A stretch of 64,000 nt of DNA, from NCBI GenBank assembly GCA_030765805.1, contig JAVCDH010000111.1:5424-69423 (forward strand). The letters run 5' to 3'. Shown here one piece after another: positions 37,017 to 44,981 of the stretch. The DNA is from Candidatus Euphemobacter frigidus. Its GTDB lineage: Bacteria; Auribacterota; Erginobacteria; Erginobacterales; Erginobacteraceae. Each line of letters starts with the position of its first letter. Position 1 is the stretch's first letter. The translations under genes and the position numbers were made by a program. The notes under the pieces were generated by a model. That model did not search any database. It was given only the letters and a program-made list of their open reading frames with translations, and was not told the DNA's origin.

Positions 37017-37086
37017 ACAACTTTAGTCACTTTTCCGCCGGAGGCGGATCAGCCTCTGGCTGAAGTTCACTTTAGTCACTTTATTC
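37017..37086. repeat. TCACTTTAG-type tandem repeats flanking a short GC hairpin in the gspG-gspF spacer
   Basis: caactttagtcactttt ... ccgccggaggcgg ... gaagttcactttagtcactttatt, read directly from the sequence. Confidence 0.85.
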
Positions 37087-38307
37087 CTATGCTACCACCT
37101 GGCTCATCTGAAAGATGGGCAGGAGAATTGAGAGAACGATATATCCGATCACTATCCCCATGGTCACTATCATGATCGGCTCCAGCAGCGAGGTCATCGC
37201 GCTGACCGACGTCTCGACCTCATCCTCATAAGACTGGGCGATCTTCTCCAGCATCGCCTCCAGGGCTCCGCTGGTCTCTCCCACCGAGATCATATGCACC
37301 ACGATCGGGGGAAAGACCCGGCTCTTTCGGAAGGGACCGGCGACGGATTGACCGGCCCGTATCGCTTCAATGGCTTTTCCGATCGCTTGAGCGATCGAGG
37401 TGTTATTTACTATATTCCTGACAATGCCCAGCGACTCGATCAGGGGGGCTCCGCTTGAGAGCAGGGTGGCCAAGGTCCGGCTGAACCTGACCACCGCGAT
37501 CTTCCTGATCAGGGGACCAAAGAGGGGGAGACGAAGTTTGAGTCGGTCGAGAAAGAACCTTCCCCGGGGCCCTTTCTTCCAGAAAGCGAAAAGAAAATAC
37601 AGCCCTCCGGCGATGAGGATGATCACCCACCAGTACCCCCGGATAAAATCGCTGATATTAAGGAGGATGACGGTGGGAAGAGGCAGGGCCTGCTGGGTCT
37701 CGGCAAAGATGCTGGTAATGGTGGGGACTACATTTACTAAAAGAAAGATGATCACCGCAACGCTGATAAAGGCCACCAGGATCGGATATACCATCACACT
37801 CCTGATATGATTACGCATCTTTACGTTCTTCTCGGTGAGGTCGGCCAGCCGCTCCAGAACCACGTCCAGAGCGCCGGCCGCTTCCCCGGCCTGAATCATG
37901 TTGGTATAAAGAGGAGAGAAGACCCGGGGGAATCGCCGGAGTGATTCGGCGAAGTTTTTCCCGGCATTGACATCGTCGCGAACTTTGATGATCACCCGCT
38001 TCAGGGGACTCTTCTCCAGCTGATCGATCAGAGCGTTCAGTGACTGGACCAACTGGAGGCCGGAACTGAGAAGCGTAGCCATCTGGCGGGTAAAGACCGC
38101 CACATCCCCGGCCTTGACCCGGTGGAGAAGCCGCGAGAGAGCCAGGTCGCTTCTCAGATCAACCTTCTCTCCCGACTCCCGGACCTCGGTCGGAAAGATC
38201 CCCTGCCGGCGCAATTTGGCCCGGGCATCGGCGGAGCTGTCGGCATCGATGATGCCGGTTACCTGCTCGCCCCCGCTGTTCAATGCTTTGTAGTCGAAGA
38301 CTGGCAT
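37087..38307 (-). CDS. gspF: type II secretion system inner-membrane platform protein GspF
   Basis: 406 aa with two GspF-domain repeats and three TM segments. The N-terminus MPVFDYKALNSGGEQVTGII is a classic GspF/PilC start. Confidence 0.9.
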   Translation of the reverse strand: MPVFDYKALNSGGEQVTGIIDADSSADARAKLRRQGIFPTEVRESGEKVDLRSDLALSRLLHRVKAGDVAVFTRQMATLLSSGLQLVQSLNALIDQLEKSPLKRVIIKVRDDVNAGKNFAESLRRFPRVFSPLYTNMIQAGEAAGALDVVLERLADLTEKNVKMRNHIRSVMVYPILVAFISVAVIIFLLVNVVPTITSIFAETQQALPLPTVILLNISDFIRGYWWVIILIAGGLYFLFAFWKKGPRGRFFLDRLKLRLPLFGPLIRKIAVVRFSRTLATLLSSGAPLIESLGIVRNIVNNTSIAQAIGKAIEAIRAGQSVAGPFRKSRVFPPIVVHMISVGETSGALEAMLEKIAQSYEDEVETSVSAMTSLLEPIMIVTMGIVIGYIVLSILLPIFQMSQVVA

Positions 38308-38314
38308 GATAGAT

Positions 38315-38394
38315 AAGTGAGCTAAAGTGAACTAAAGTGACTAAAGTGAGCTAAAGTGAACTAAAGTGACTAAAGTGAACTAAAGTTTAAAGTT
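38315..38394. repeat. tandem 9-mer array ([ACG]CTAAAGTGA, about 8 copies) filling the gspF-gspE spacer
   Basis: aagtgagctaaagtgaactaaagtgactaaagtgagctaaagtgaactaaagtgactaaagtgaactaaagtt is read directly from the sequence. It has no spacers, so it is not CRISPR. Confidence 0.9.
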
Positions 38395-38423
38395 AGACTT
38401 ACGCTTTGTTTTAACATTTTGTC

Positions 38424-40142
38424 TCAAGCTTCTATGATATCCTCCTGGGTTACCCGGATAACCTCTTCGATAGTCGTGATCCCTTCAACGACCTTCCGGG
38501 CCCCGTCCATCCGGAGAGTCAACATCCCCTTCTTCAGGGCCACTTTCTTGATCTCTCCGGTATTGGTCCGCTCCAGGATCATCCGGCGGATATCCTCGTC
38601 CACCAGGAGGATCTCGAAGATACCGCTCCTCCCCATATAACCGGATTGAAAGCACTTATCGCATCCCTTCCCCCGGTAGAGTTTCCCCTCCGAGATATCA
38701 TCCGGGGAGAGCCCGATCTCGCGGAGGGACTCTTCACCGGGATGATAGCTTTCCCGGCAGTGCGGACAGATCATCCGAACCAACCGTTGAGCCATGATCC
38801 CTACCACCGAGGATGAGACCAGGTACGGCTCCACCCCCATATCGATGAGCCGGGTTATCGCCCCCGCCGCGTCGTTGGTATGGAGGGTGGAGAAGACCAG
38901 ATGCCCGGTGAGACTGGCCTGGATCGCGATCTCGGCGGTCTCATTATCCCGCATCTCCCCGATCAGGACCACGTCGGGGTCTTGCCGGAGGATCGAGCGG
39001 AGTCCGTTGGCGAAGGTGAGACCGATCTTGGGTTTTACCTGAATCTGGCCGATCCCGGGGATCTGATACTCAATCGGATCCTCGACCGTGATGATATTCT
39101 GCTCCATCGAGTTCACGTTGCTCAAGGCCGCGTATAGGGTGGTAGTCTTGCCGGAACCGGTCGGGCCGGTTACCAGGATGATGCCGTGGGAGAGCTTGAT
39201 CAGCCGGGAGAAGAGCGCCAAGCGATCATCACTCATTCCCAGATCGTGAAGGCTGTAAAGCTGGGCGGACCGGTCCAGCAACCGGAGTACGATTCTTTCC
39301 CCGAATGAGATCGGGATTGTGGAAACACGCAGGTCAATCTCCCGGTCGGTGATCTTAATTTTAATCCGGCCGTCCTGGGGAAGGCGTTTCTCGGCGATAT
39401 TCAGGTTAGCCATGATCTTAACCCGGGAAGTGATCGCGGACTGGTACTGCTTGGACGGCTTGATCGATTCATAGAGGATGCCGTCTATCCGGTAACGCAC
39501 CCGGAGCTCTTTTTCATAGGGCTCGATGTGGATATCGCTGGCCCGGACTTTGACGGCTTCAAAGAGAATCAGATTGACCAGCTTGATCACCGGAGCCTTG
39601 GTGGCGATGTCCAGGAGATCTTCCGCCTCATCAGTCAGGGTCACCAGTTCAGTGATTTCCTCTTCCTCCATCCCCTCCAGCATCGCCTCGGCGGCGCCGT
39701 CGGCATGGCCGTATGAATGGTTGGCGACCCTGATGATCTCATCAGGGGCACAGACGACCGGGTGCACTTCCTTCTCCAGCAAAAGACGGAGGTCGTCCAG
39801 GGGCTGAAGCTCGAGAGGGTTGGCCATGGCCACGGCGACCGTTCCCTTCTCTTCCTTAAGCGGGATCAGCTGATGGGCCAACAAAAAATTCAGCGGGATG
39901 CGGGAGACGATCTCCTTATCCACCATCTCCACCGAGAGCGAATCGAGATAGGGGAGATTCAGATGACGGCTCAGCGCCCGACGATACTGTTCCTGATTGA
40001 TAACCCCCATCCCGAACAAGATATCACCCAGTTGTTTCCCCTGGTCAGGGCCTTCCTGGCGCGACCGGGCCGTATCGAGGACCGCCCGATCCACCACTTT
40101 ATCGGCCAGTAAAATCTCTTCGATTGATTGATTCGCAATCAT
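38424..40142 (-). CDS. gspE: type II secretion system ATPase GspE
   Basis: Walker A motif LVTGPTGSGKTTTLYAAL. N-terminal MshEN/T2SE_N domain. C-terminal zinc-binding tetracysteine CPHC...CDKC. 572 aa. Confidence 0.95.
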   Translation of the reverse strand: MIANQSIEEILLADKVVDRAVLDTARSRQEGPDQGKQLGDILFGMGVINQEQYRRALSRHLNLPYLDSLSVEMVDKEIVSRIPLNFLLAHQLIPLKEEKGTVAVAMANPLELQPLDDLRLLLEKEVHPVVCAPDEIIRVANHSYGHADGAAEAMLEGMEEEEITELVTLTDEAEDLLDIATKAPVIKLVNLILFEAVKVRASDIHIEPYEKELRVRYRIDGILYESIKPSKQYQSAITSRVKIMANLNIAEKRLPQDGRIKIKITDREIDLRVSTIPISFGERIVLRLLDRSAQLYSLHDLGMSDDRLALFSRLIKLSHGIILVTGPTGSGKTTTLYAALSNVNSMEQNIITVEDPIEYQIPGIGQIQVKPKIGLTFANGLRSILRQDPDVVLIGEMRDNETAEIAIQASLTGHLVFSTLHTNDAAGAITRLIDMGVEPYLVSSSVVGIMAQRLVRMICPHCRESYHPGEESLREIGLSPDDISEGKLYRGKGCDKCFQSGYMGRSGIFEILLVDEDIRRMILERTNTGEIKKVALKKGMLTLRMDGARKVVEGITTIEEVIRVTQEDIIEA

Positions 40143-40152
40143 TTTTTGTAAC

Positions 40153-42417
40153 TTATTTATGGAACCGCCCGGTGCCTTTCTGATCTTCCTCGCTCTCGTC
40201 GTGACGCCCGAAAGAGATATTCGGGAGACTGTCCAGGAAGGAGCGCGAGGTAGAACTTTTCCCGACGGGTTTCATTTCAGAGTCCCCACCGGCAGGAGCG
40301 ATGGGAAGTTCATCTGGAGGCGGGAGGGCGCGGTGCGCTTCTTCATAATCCTTCATAGCCCCCAGTTGCAAGGCGTAACTGGCCTTCAGATCCTGGTATT
40401 TCATTGCTTCTTTCTTCTGCGTTTCTCTCTCCCGGTCGGCCATCTCGGACTCCCGTCCCTTTATCCGGGAGTCGAGCTCCGGAGCCTGATGACGCTTGAG
40501 ATTGGTCAGGTCGGCAATCTGCTGGGTGGTCCGCACCACTCGGGGGGTAATAAAGATCAGGAGGTTATTCTTCTCCTTCCGGGTGGAGGTCTGCCGGAAG
40601 AGGTTGCCAATAAGCGGGATGTCACCCAGGATCGGAATCTTGCTTTCGGCCTCGTACCAGTCGTCCCGAATCAGCCCCCCGATCACTATGGTATGGTTGT
40701 CCTTCACGATCACCGATGTCTCGGTCTCCCGGTCGAAGGTCTCCGGAGTAAGAGTTACCCCGCCACTCACTTCACCACTGGTCAGGCTGGATATCTTCTG
40801 GTGGATCTCCATCCGCACCATCTGGGCCTTGCTGATATGGGGGGTTATCGTCAGCTCAATCCCGACATCCTTGTATTCGATATCCTGATAATCACGGCTA
40901 TCAGTACTCCCGATCTCGATCTTGCTCACGTAGGGAATGTTCCGTACCACCTTGATCTTTGCCTCCTCGTTGTCCATCGTCAGGACCTGGGGGGTGGCCA
41001 GGATGTTGACGTCCGAGTTGGTCTGGAGGGCGTGGAGCATGACCGCGAAGTCGGGAAGGCTGGTGCCCGTGCCGGCCATCTTCTGAATAAACCCCAGTGA
41101 GAGGCCGTCTATACCCGGTGATTGGTGCCCTCCCTCAGCGTCGGTGGCCCAGCTGGAAAGGGCGCCGCTAAAGACCGACTGGGCCATCCCCTCCGCGTTG
41201 TTCCGGCCGGTTCCCATAGTCGCGATATCAGGAAATCCGGTGCCGTCATTGTCCATGTCGATCCAATCCACACCCAGCTCGAATGTCTTATCATAGGCGA
41301 TCTCGGCGATCAGAACCTCCACCAGGACCTGGTCGCGGACCACGTCCAGCTTCTGGATGATCTTAATCAGGTCGGCGTAGGCTTCCTGGGTGGCATCGAT
41401 GATCAGGGCGTTGGTCCCCTTGTCTTCGCTGATCAGGGCCGGCTCCTCTCCGCCTTTTGGTTTGCGCTTGGAGACGATGCTGTTGAGGACCTTGGCCATA
41501 TCCTCGGCATTAGTATTTTTAAGAAAGTAGACATGGATATTGCTCCGTTCGGTCTCCACATCCAGCCGTTTGATCAGGTCCAGAACCCGCTTGGTGTCTT
41601 CATCGTTGGCCAGGATAATCAGGGAGTTGGTCCGTTCGTCGGGGATAATCTTGAGATTCTTCTCACTGGTCTGGAGCTGGCCGGCCTTCTGCCGTCTGCG
41701 GGGGGTGGGGGGAGCGCCCGGGACCTTGCCCGCTTCCTCGATCACCTGCGAGAGCTCCCCGGCCAGGATGTCGGCCGCCGCGTAACGGATGGGGACAACG
41801 GTGATCCTGGTTTCATAACCGGGGATATCGAGCTCCTTGATGATCTTGACGAGGCGGTGGATATTGGAGGAGATGTCGGTGACGATCAGGGTGTTGGTAA
41901 CCGGGTAGGCGATCACGCTGGAATCTTTCGAGAAGAGCTGGCCCAGCGCCGTCCGTACTTTCTGCACGTCCGCGTACTGGAGGGGGATGAGCTGAGTAAT
42001 GATCGTGTCCTCCGGAACGATCTGCTCCAGATTATCTCCCACCGACATGGCGATATTCCTCTTGCTCGCTTCCTTCTTGGTGGAGATTTTGATCACCTTG
42101 CCGGAGGGGACGGTGACAAAGCCGCGAACCTCCAGGATCGACTCGAATACTTTATAGACTTCGTCCAGGGGGATCTTGGTTGGGGAGATGACCGTAACCG
42201 GACCGCGGACGTTCTGATCGATAATGAAGTTCTTTCCGGTCAGGTCACTGATATACTTAATCACCACTCGGATCTCGGTATTTTCAAAGTCCATGCTGAC
42301 GAGCCCATCTTCCTCCTCAAACCCGCCGGTTTGAGCCCGCCCCAAGCCTTGAGATATCAGTAACCCGAGGAGAAGCCCCAGCCAGATCGCAACAATCAAT
42401 TTTCGCAAATATTTCAT
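40153..42417 (-). CDS. gspD: type II secretion system secretin GspD
   Basis: 754 aa with signal peptide, N0-N3 domains and the C-terminal secretin domain (ILGDIPLIGNLFRQTSTRKEKNNLLIFITPRVV). Confidence 0.9.
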   Translation of the reverse strand: MKYLRKLIVAIWLGLLLGLLISQGLGRAQTGGFEEEDGLVSMDFENTEIRVVIKYISDLTGKNFIIDQNVRGPVTVISPTKIPLDEVYKVFESILEVRGFVTVPSGKVIKISTKKEASKRNIAMSVGDNLEQIVPEDTIITQLIPLQYADVQKVRTALGQLFSKDSSVIAYPVTNTLIVTDISSNIHRLVKIIKELDIPGYETRITVVPIRYAAADILAGELSQVIEEAGKVPGAPPTPRRRQKAGQLQTSEKNLKIIPDERTNSLIILANDEDTKRVLDLIKRLDVETERSNIHVYFLKNTNAEDMAKVLNSIVSKRKPKGGEEPALISEDKGTNALIIDATQEAYADLIKIIQKLDVVRDQVLVEVLIAEIAYDKTFELGVDWIDMDNDGTGFPDIATMGTGRNNAEGMAQSVFSGALSSWATDAEGGHQSPGIDGLSLGFIQKMAGTGTSLPDFAVMLHALQTNSDVNILATPQVLTMDNEEAKIKVVRNIPYVSKIEIGSTDSRDYQDIEYKDVGIELTITPHISKAQMVRMEIHQKISSLTSGEVSGGVTLTPETFDRETETSVIVKDNHTIVIGGLIRDDWYEAESKIPILGDIPLIGNLFRQTSTRKEKNNLLIFITPRVVRTTQQIADLTNLKRHQAPELDSRIKGRESEMADRERETQKKEAMKYQDLKASYALQLGAMKDYEEAHRALPPPDELPIAPAGGDSEMKPVGKSSTSRSFLDSLPNISFGRHDESEEDQKGTGRFHK

Positions 42418-42428
42418 TATAAATAAGA

Positions 42429-43403
42429 TTATTCCAGCTCCAAAAGCTCAACCTGAACCATGTACTCCAGTTGGAGGAGTTCTGATTGCCTTTTTATCTC
42501 CACGATCACGGTCTTTTCGGTCTGAACCTCCTGGAGCAGTTCCAGGGCTCTCTTCTTCCCGGTGATCATCTTCTCGTTTACCGTACGAATAATGTCTCCC
42601 TTCTTGATCCCCAGATAGGTCGAGAGATGGCGCGGAGGCAGAATCAGTATCTCGTACCCCTCGGAGTCTCCCCGCCGGGGTTTTCCCGGCGGATAATACG
42701 GGCGGCAACCGACACCGCTCAACGCCTTCATAATCTGGGCGACCACTTCATCGACCTTGACCTTGATCTGATCTACTTTGATATATTTCCAGAGACCTTT
42801 CTTGCTGACGAGCCATTTATTATTAGCGATCAACTGCCAGAGACCTTTCTTGCTGATCAGCCATTTGTTCTTACCGACCGGGCGAAGAATGCGAGAGAGG
42901 GGAATGGATCCCTTATTAACCTTGATGCTATCTTTAAACGCGGTTAAGGTAAAGACATTCCCCTTGAAATCCATGACTACCTGGTTTCGCTCGATCTCCA
43001 GCACTACCGCCTCGGCTACCGAGTCTCCCACCCGGTAAGAGTCCTGTTTTTTATTCACAACCTCCTCAATAAAGGCCAAACTTTTCGACTGATCGGCCCG
43101 GACCGTCGTTCCCAGTAGATTTAATTTGGGGGGAGGAACTTCCTGCGGCCTGGGGGTGGGCGGAGGCGCTTCCTCCGGGGCGGCAAACTTCTCTCTCCAA
43201 AGATCGCGGGAAACGATTACTTCATAATACGATTCCCCGGGCGGAGTAGGGACCGCCTCGGCCTCTATCGATTGGTCGGGGGAAGCCCAGTCATCTTCAA
43301 CCGGTCGGTCCTGGTAATACGTCCAGGCCAGGTAACCGCTTCCGGTCACCAGCAGGACAGCCAGTACCAGGTTGATCAACATTATTTTTCTTCGAGACAA
43401 CAT
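42429..43403 (-). CDS. gspC: type II secretion system protein GspC (TM anchor, HR domain, C-terminal PDZ-like domain) with an internal 11-aa tandem duplication
   Basis: N-terminal TM helix, a Pro-rich linker, an HR-like domain (LNLLGTTVRADQSKSLAFIEE...YRVGDSV) and a C-terminal PDZ (GYEILILPP...GIKKGDIIRTVN). Contains the duplicated peptide NKWLISKKGLW/NKWLVSKKGLW. Confidence 0.6.
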   Translation of the reverse strand: MLSRRKIMLINLVLAVLLVTGSGYLAWTYYQDRPVEDDWASPDQSIEAEAVPTPPGESYYEVIVSRDLWREKFAAPEEAPPPTPRPQEVPPPKLNLLGTTVRADQSKSLAFIEEVVNKKQDSYRVGDSVAEAVVLEIERNQVVMDFKGNVFTLTAFKDSIKVNKGSIPLSRILRPVGKNKWLISKKGLWQLIANNKWLVSKKGLWKYIKVDQIKVKVDEVVAQIMKALSGVGCRPYYPPGKPRRGDSEGYEILILPPRHLSTYLGIKKGDIIRTVNEKMITGKKRALELLQEVQTEKTVIVEIKRQSELLQLEYMVQVELLELE

Positions 43404-43421
43404 AAGTTGATCCAGGTCAGC

Positions 43422-44156
43422 TCAATTTAGGTTAAATTTGTCGATCTCATCCAGCAGCGCCACCGGGTCTACTTCCGGAGGTAGACTGAGTGCTTCCTCC
43501 TCCCGTCCCCGTCCGCTCCGGAGAATCAGCCAGAATTTATCGTGCAGATCCCTCACTATTAAACGGGACGCCGGAGGGAGATCTGAATTTTCCAGGAGAT
43601 AATTCGCCCGCCCCTGGAGGTCCCGGGAGACAATCTCCGACAGAACCGATCCCCAGGTATTATAAGTCCCTTCCCGGATCCCGCCAAGAATATTCCTGGT
43701 CTCTTTTAGGTAATCTTTCAGAGTTTTCGTCGGATCGGGCAGCGGCAGTAACTGCCGTGAAAACGCACTGGCCGAGCGCGCAGCCGCCGGGCCTTCCGTC
43801 CGGTCCGGTCCGGAGGATTCCCGAAGGAAAAGAAAGAGGCCAACCCCCGCGATCAAGGCTGCCGCCGCGGCCAGGGGGGAGAGGTGCCGAAAGTTAAGAA
43901 GGAGGTCCGATAACCGGAGTCCACCGGGCCGGGGGCGAGAGGCGGCTTCCCGGAGCACATTACGGGAAAGGCGAAGAGGAAAAGACAGTCGTTCCAGGGC
44001 CTCCAGGGACTGCCAAGCAGCCCGGGTCTCCTCATAGCACCGGCGGCACTGTGAGCAGCGCGCCAGATGTTTCCGGATCTCATCTTCCACCGAATCCGGT
44101 AACGGCTCTCCCAGGACCCGGTCAAGCAAGTATTCTCTTATCCTGTCACATTTCAT
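43422..44156 (-). CDS. anti-sigma factor, zinc-finger (zf-HC2) type, membrane-spanning
   Basis: The N-terminus CDRIREYLLDRVLGE...HLARCSQC matches the C-x27-H-x3-C-x2-C zinc finger of RsrA/ChrR-like anti-sigma factors. A central TM helix (AAAALIAGVGLFLFL) is present. The start overlaps the sigma-factor stop by 11 bp. Confidence 0.65.
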   Translation of the reverse strand: MKCDRIREYLLDRVLGEPLPDSVEDEIRKHLARCSQCRRCYEETRAAWQSLEALERLSFPLRLSRNVLREAASRPRPGGLRLSDLLLNFRHLSPLAAAAALIAGVGLFLFLRESSGPDRTEGPAAARSASAFSRQLLPLPDPTKTLKDYLKETRNILGGIREGTYNTWGSVLSEIVSRDLQGRANYLLENSDLPPASRLIVRDLHDKFWLILRSGRGREEEALSLPPEVDPVALLDEIDKFNLN

Positions 44157-44742
44157 TATGATCTTCCCCGGTGAACATTTTCTTTCTCAGATGCTCCAGC
44201 GCGTAATGAAGCCGGGAGCGGACCGTCCCGGAGGGAATCCCCAGAATCCGCGCGATCTCACGGTACTTCAGCCCGCTGAGACGGTTCATGATCACCACCT
44301 GCCGATGTTCCTCGGAGAGGCCGGCCAGCTTACGCCGGAAGATAGCCTCCAGTTCCCTCCCTCCGGCCTCTTCACGGGGTCCGGGCCCCTCTCCGCCGAC
44401 GGTTTCGATCATTCTACCTACCGGAACGCCGTCCGGCCCCTTTATCTCGGTCTCCAGAGAGAGGGTGGGCTTCCGCCTCGACTTCCGGAGAGCGTCCCGG
44501 CAGCGGTTCATGGCAATCGCGTAAAGCCAGGTTTTGAAGCCGGCACCGGACCGGAACCGCCGCGCTTCGCGATAAATCCGGATAAAAGTTTCCTGAAATA
44601 TGTCCTCCGCCAGGTGATAGTCTCTAACTACGGAACAAATAAAGGCCATCAAAGGATTGCGATATTGGTTCAGAAGTTCTTCCAAAGCAGAGAGATCTCC
44701 ATTTTTGCATAACTCAATTAATTGCTCATCCGTTTGAGCCAT
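44146..44742 (-). CDS. ECF-subfamily RNA polymerase sigma-70 factor
   Basis: Region 2 (LMAFICSVVRDYHLAEDIFQETFIRIY, FKTWLYAIAMNRCRD) and region 4 (VVIMNRLSGLKYREIARILGIPSGTVRSRLHYAL) are both recognisable. Start taken at MAQTDEQ, with SD aaggagag 5 nt upstream. Confidence 0.85.
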   Translation of the reverse strand: MAQTDEQLIELCKNGDLSALEELLNQYRNPLMAFICSVVRDYHLAEDIFQETFIRIYREARRFRSGAGFKTWLYAIAMNRCRDALRKSRRKPTLSLETEIKGPDGVPVGRMIETVGGEGPGPREEAGGRELEAIFRRKLAGLSEEHRQVVIMNRLSGLKYREIARILGIPSGTVRSRLHYALEHLRKKMFTGEDHNEM

Positions 44743-44756
44743 TATCTCTCCTTTAA

Positions 44757-44784
44757 TACGCCCAGTATGGGAATTAAGTTCAAA
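44757..44784 (-). promoter_or_regulatory. candidate ECF-type autoregulatory promoter (TGAACTT-N16/17-CGTA) upstream of the sigma-factor gene
   Basis: The minus-strand sequence reads tttgaacttaattcccatactgggcgtatt, ending 14 nt before the SD. It resembles SigW/ECF consensus promoters (TGAAAC-N16-CGTA). Confidence 0.4.
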
Positions 44785-44981
44785 ACTAAAATCTATATCT
44801 TTCTGTACCGGAACTTCAACGGAAAAAATCGCGATTTCTCCTCTTTTCGTTCTTCTCACCGGGGGGAACGCTCAGGGACAGGAGCGGCTCAATGGAGCTG
44901 GAAGAGAATATTCCGGAGATAGACGGAGGAGATCCTCGGACACCTCCATCCGATGAATGGGAAGCGCCCCATGATTACTGA

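Noticed and set aside
38315-38394. Tandem repeats considered as a CRISPR array
   Set aside because: The unit is only 9 bp with no unique spacers, and no cas genes are nearby. It is a simple tandem repeat, not CRISPR.
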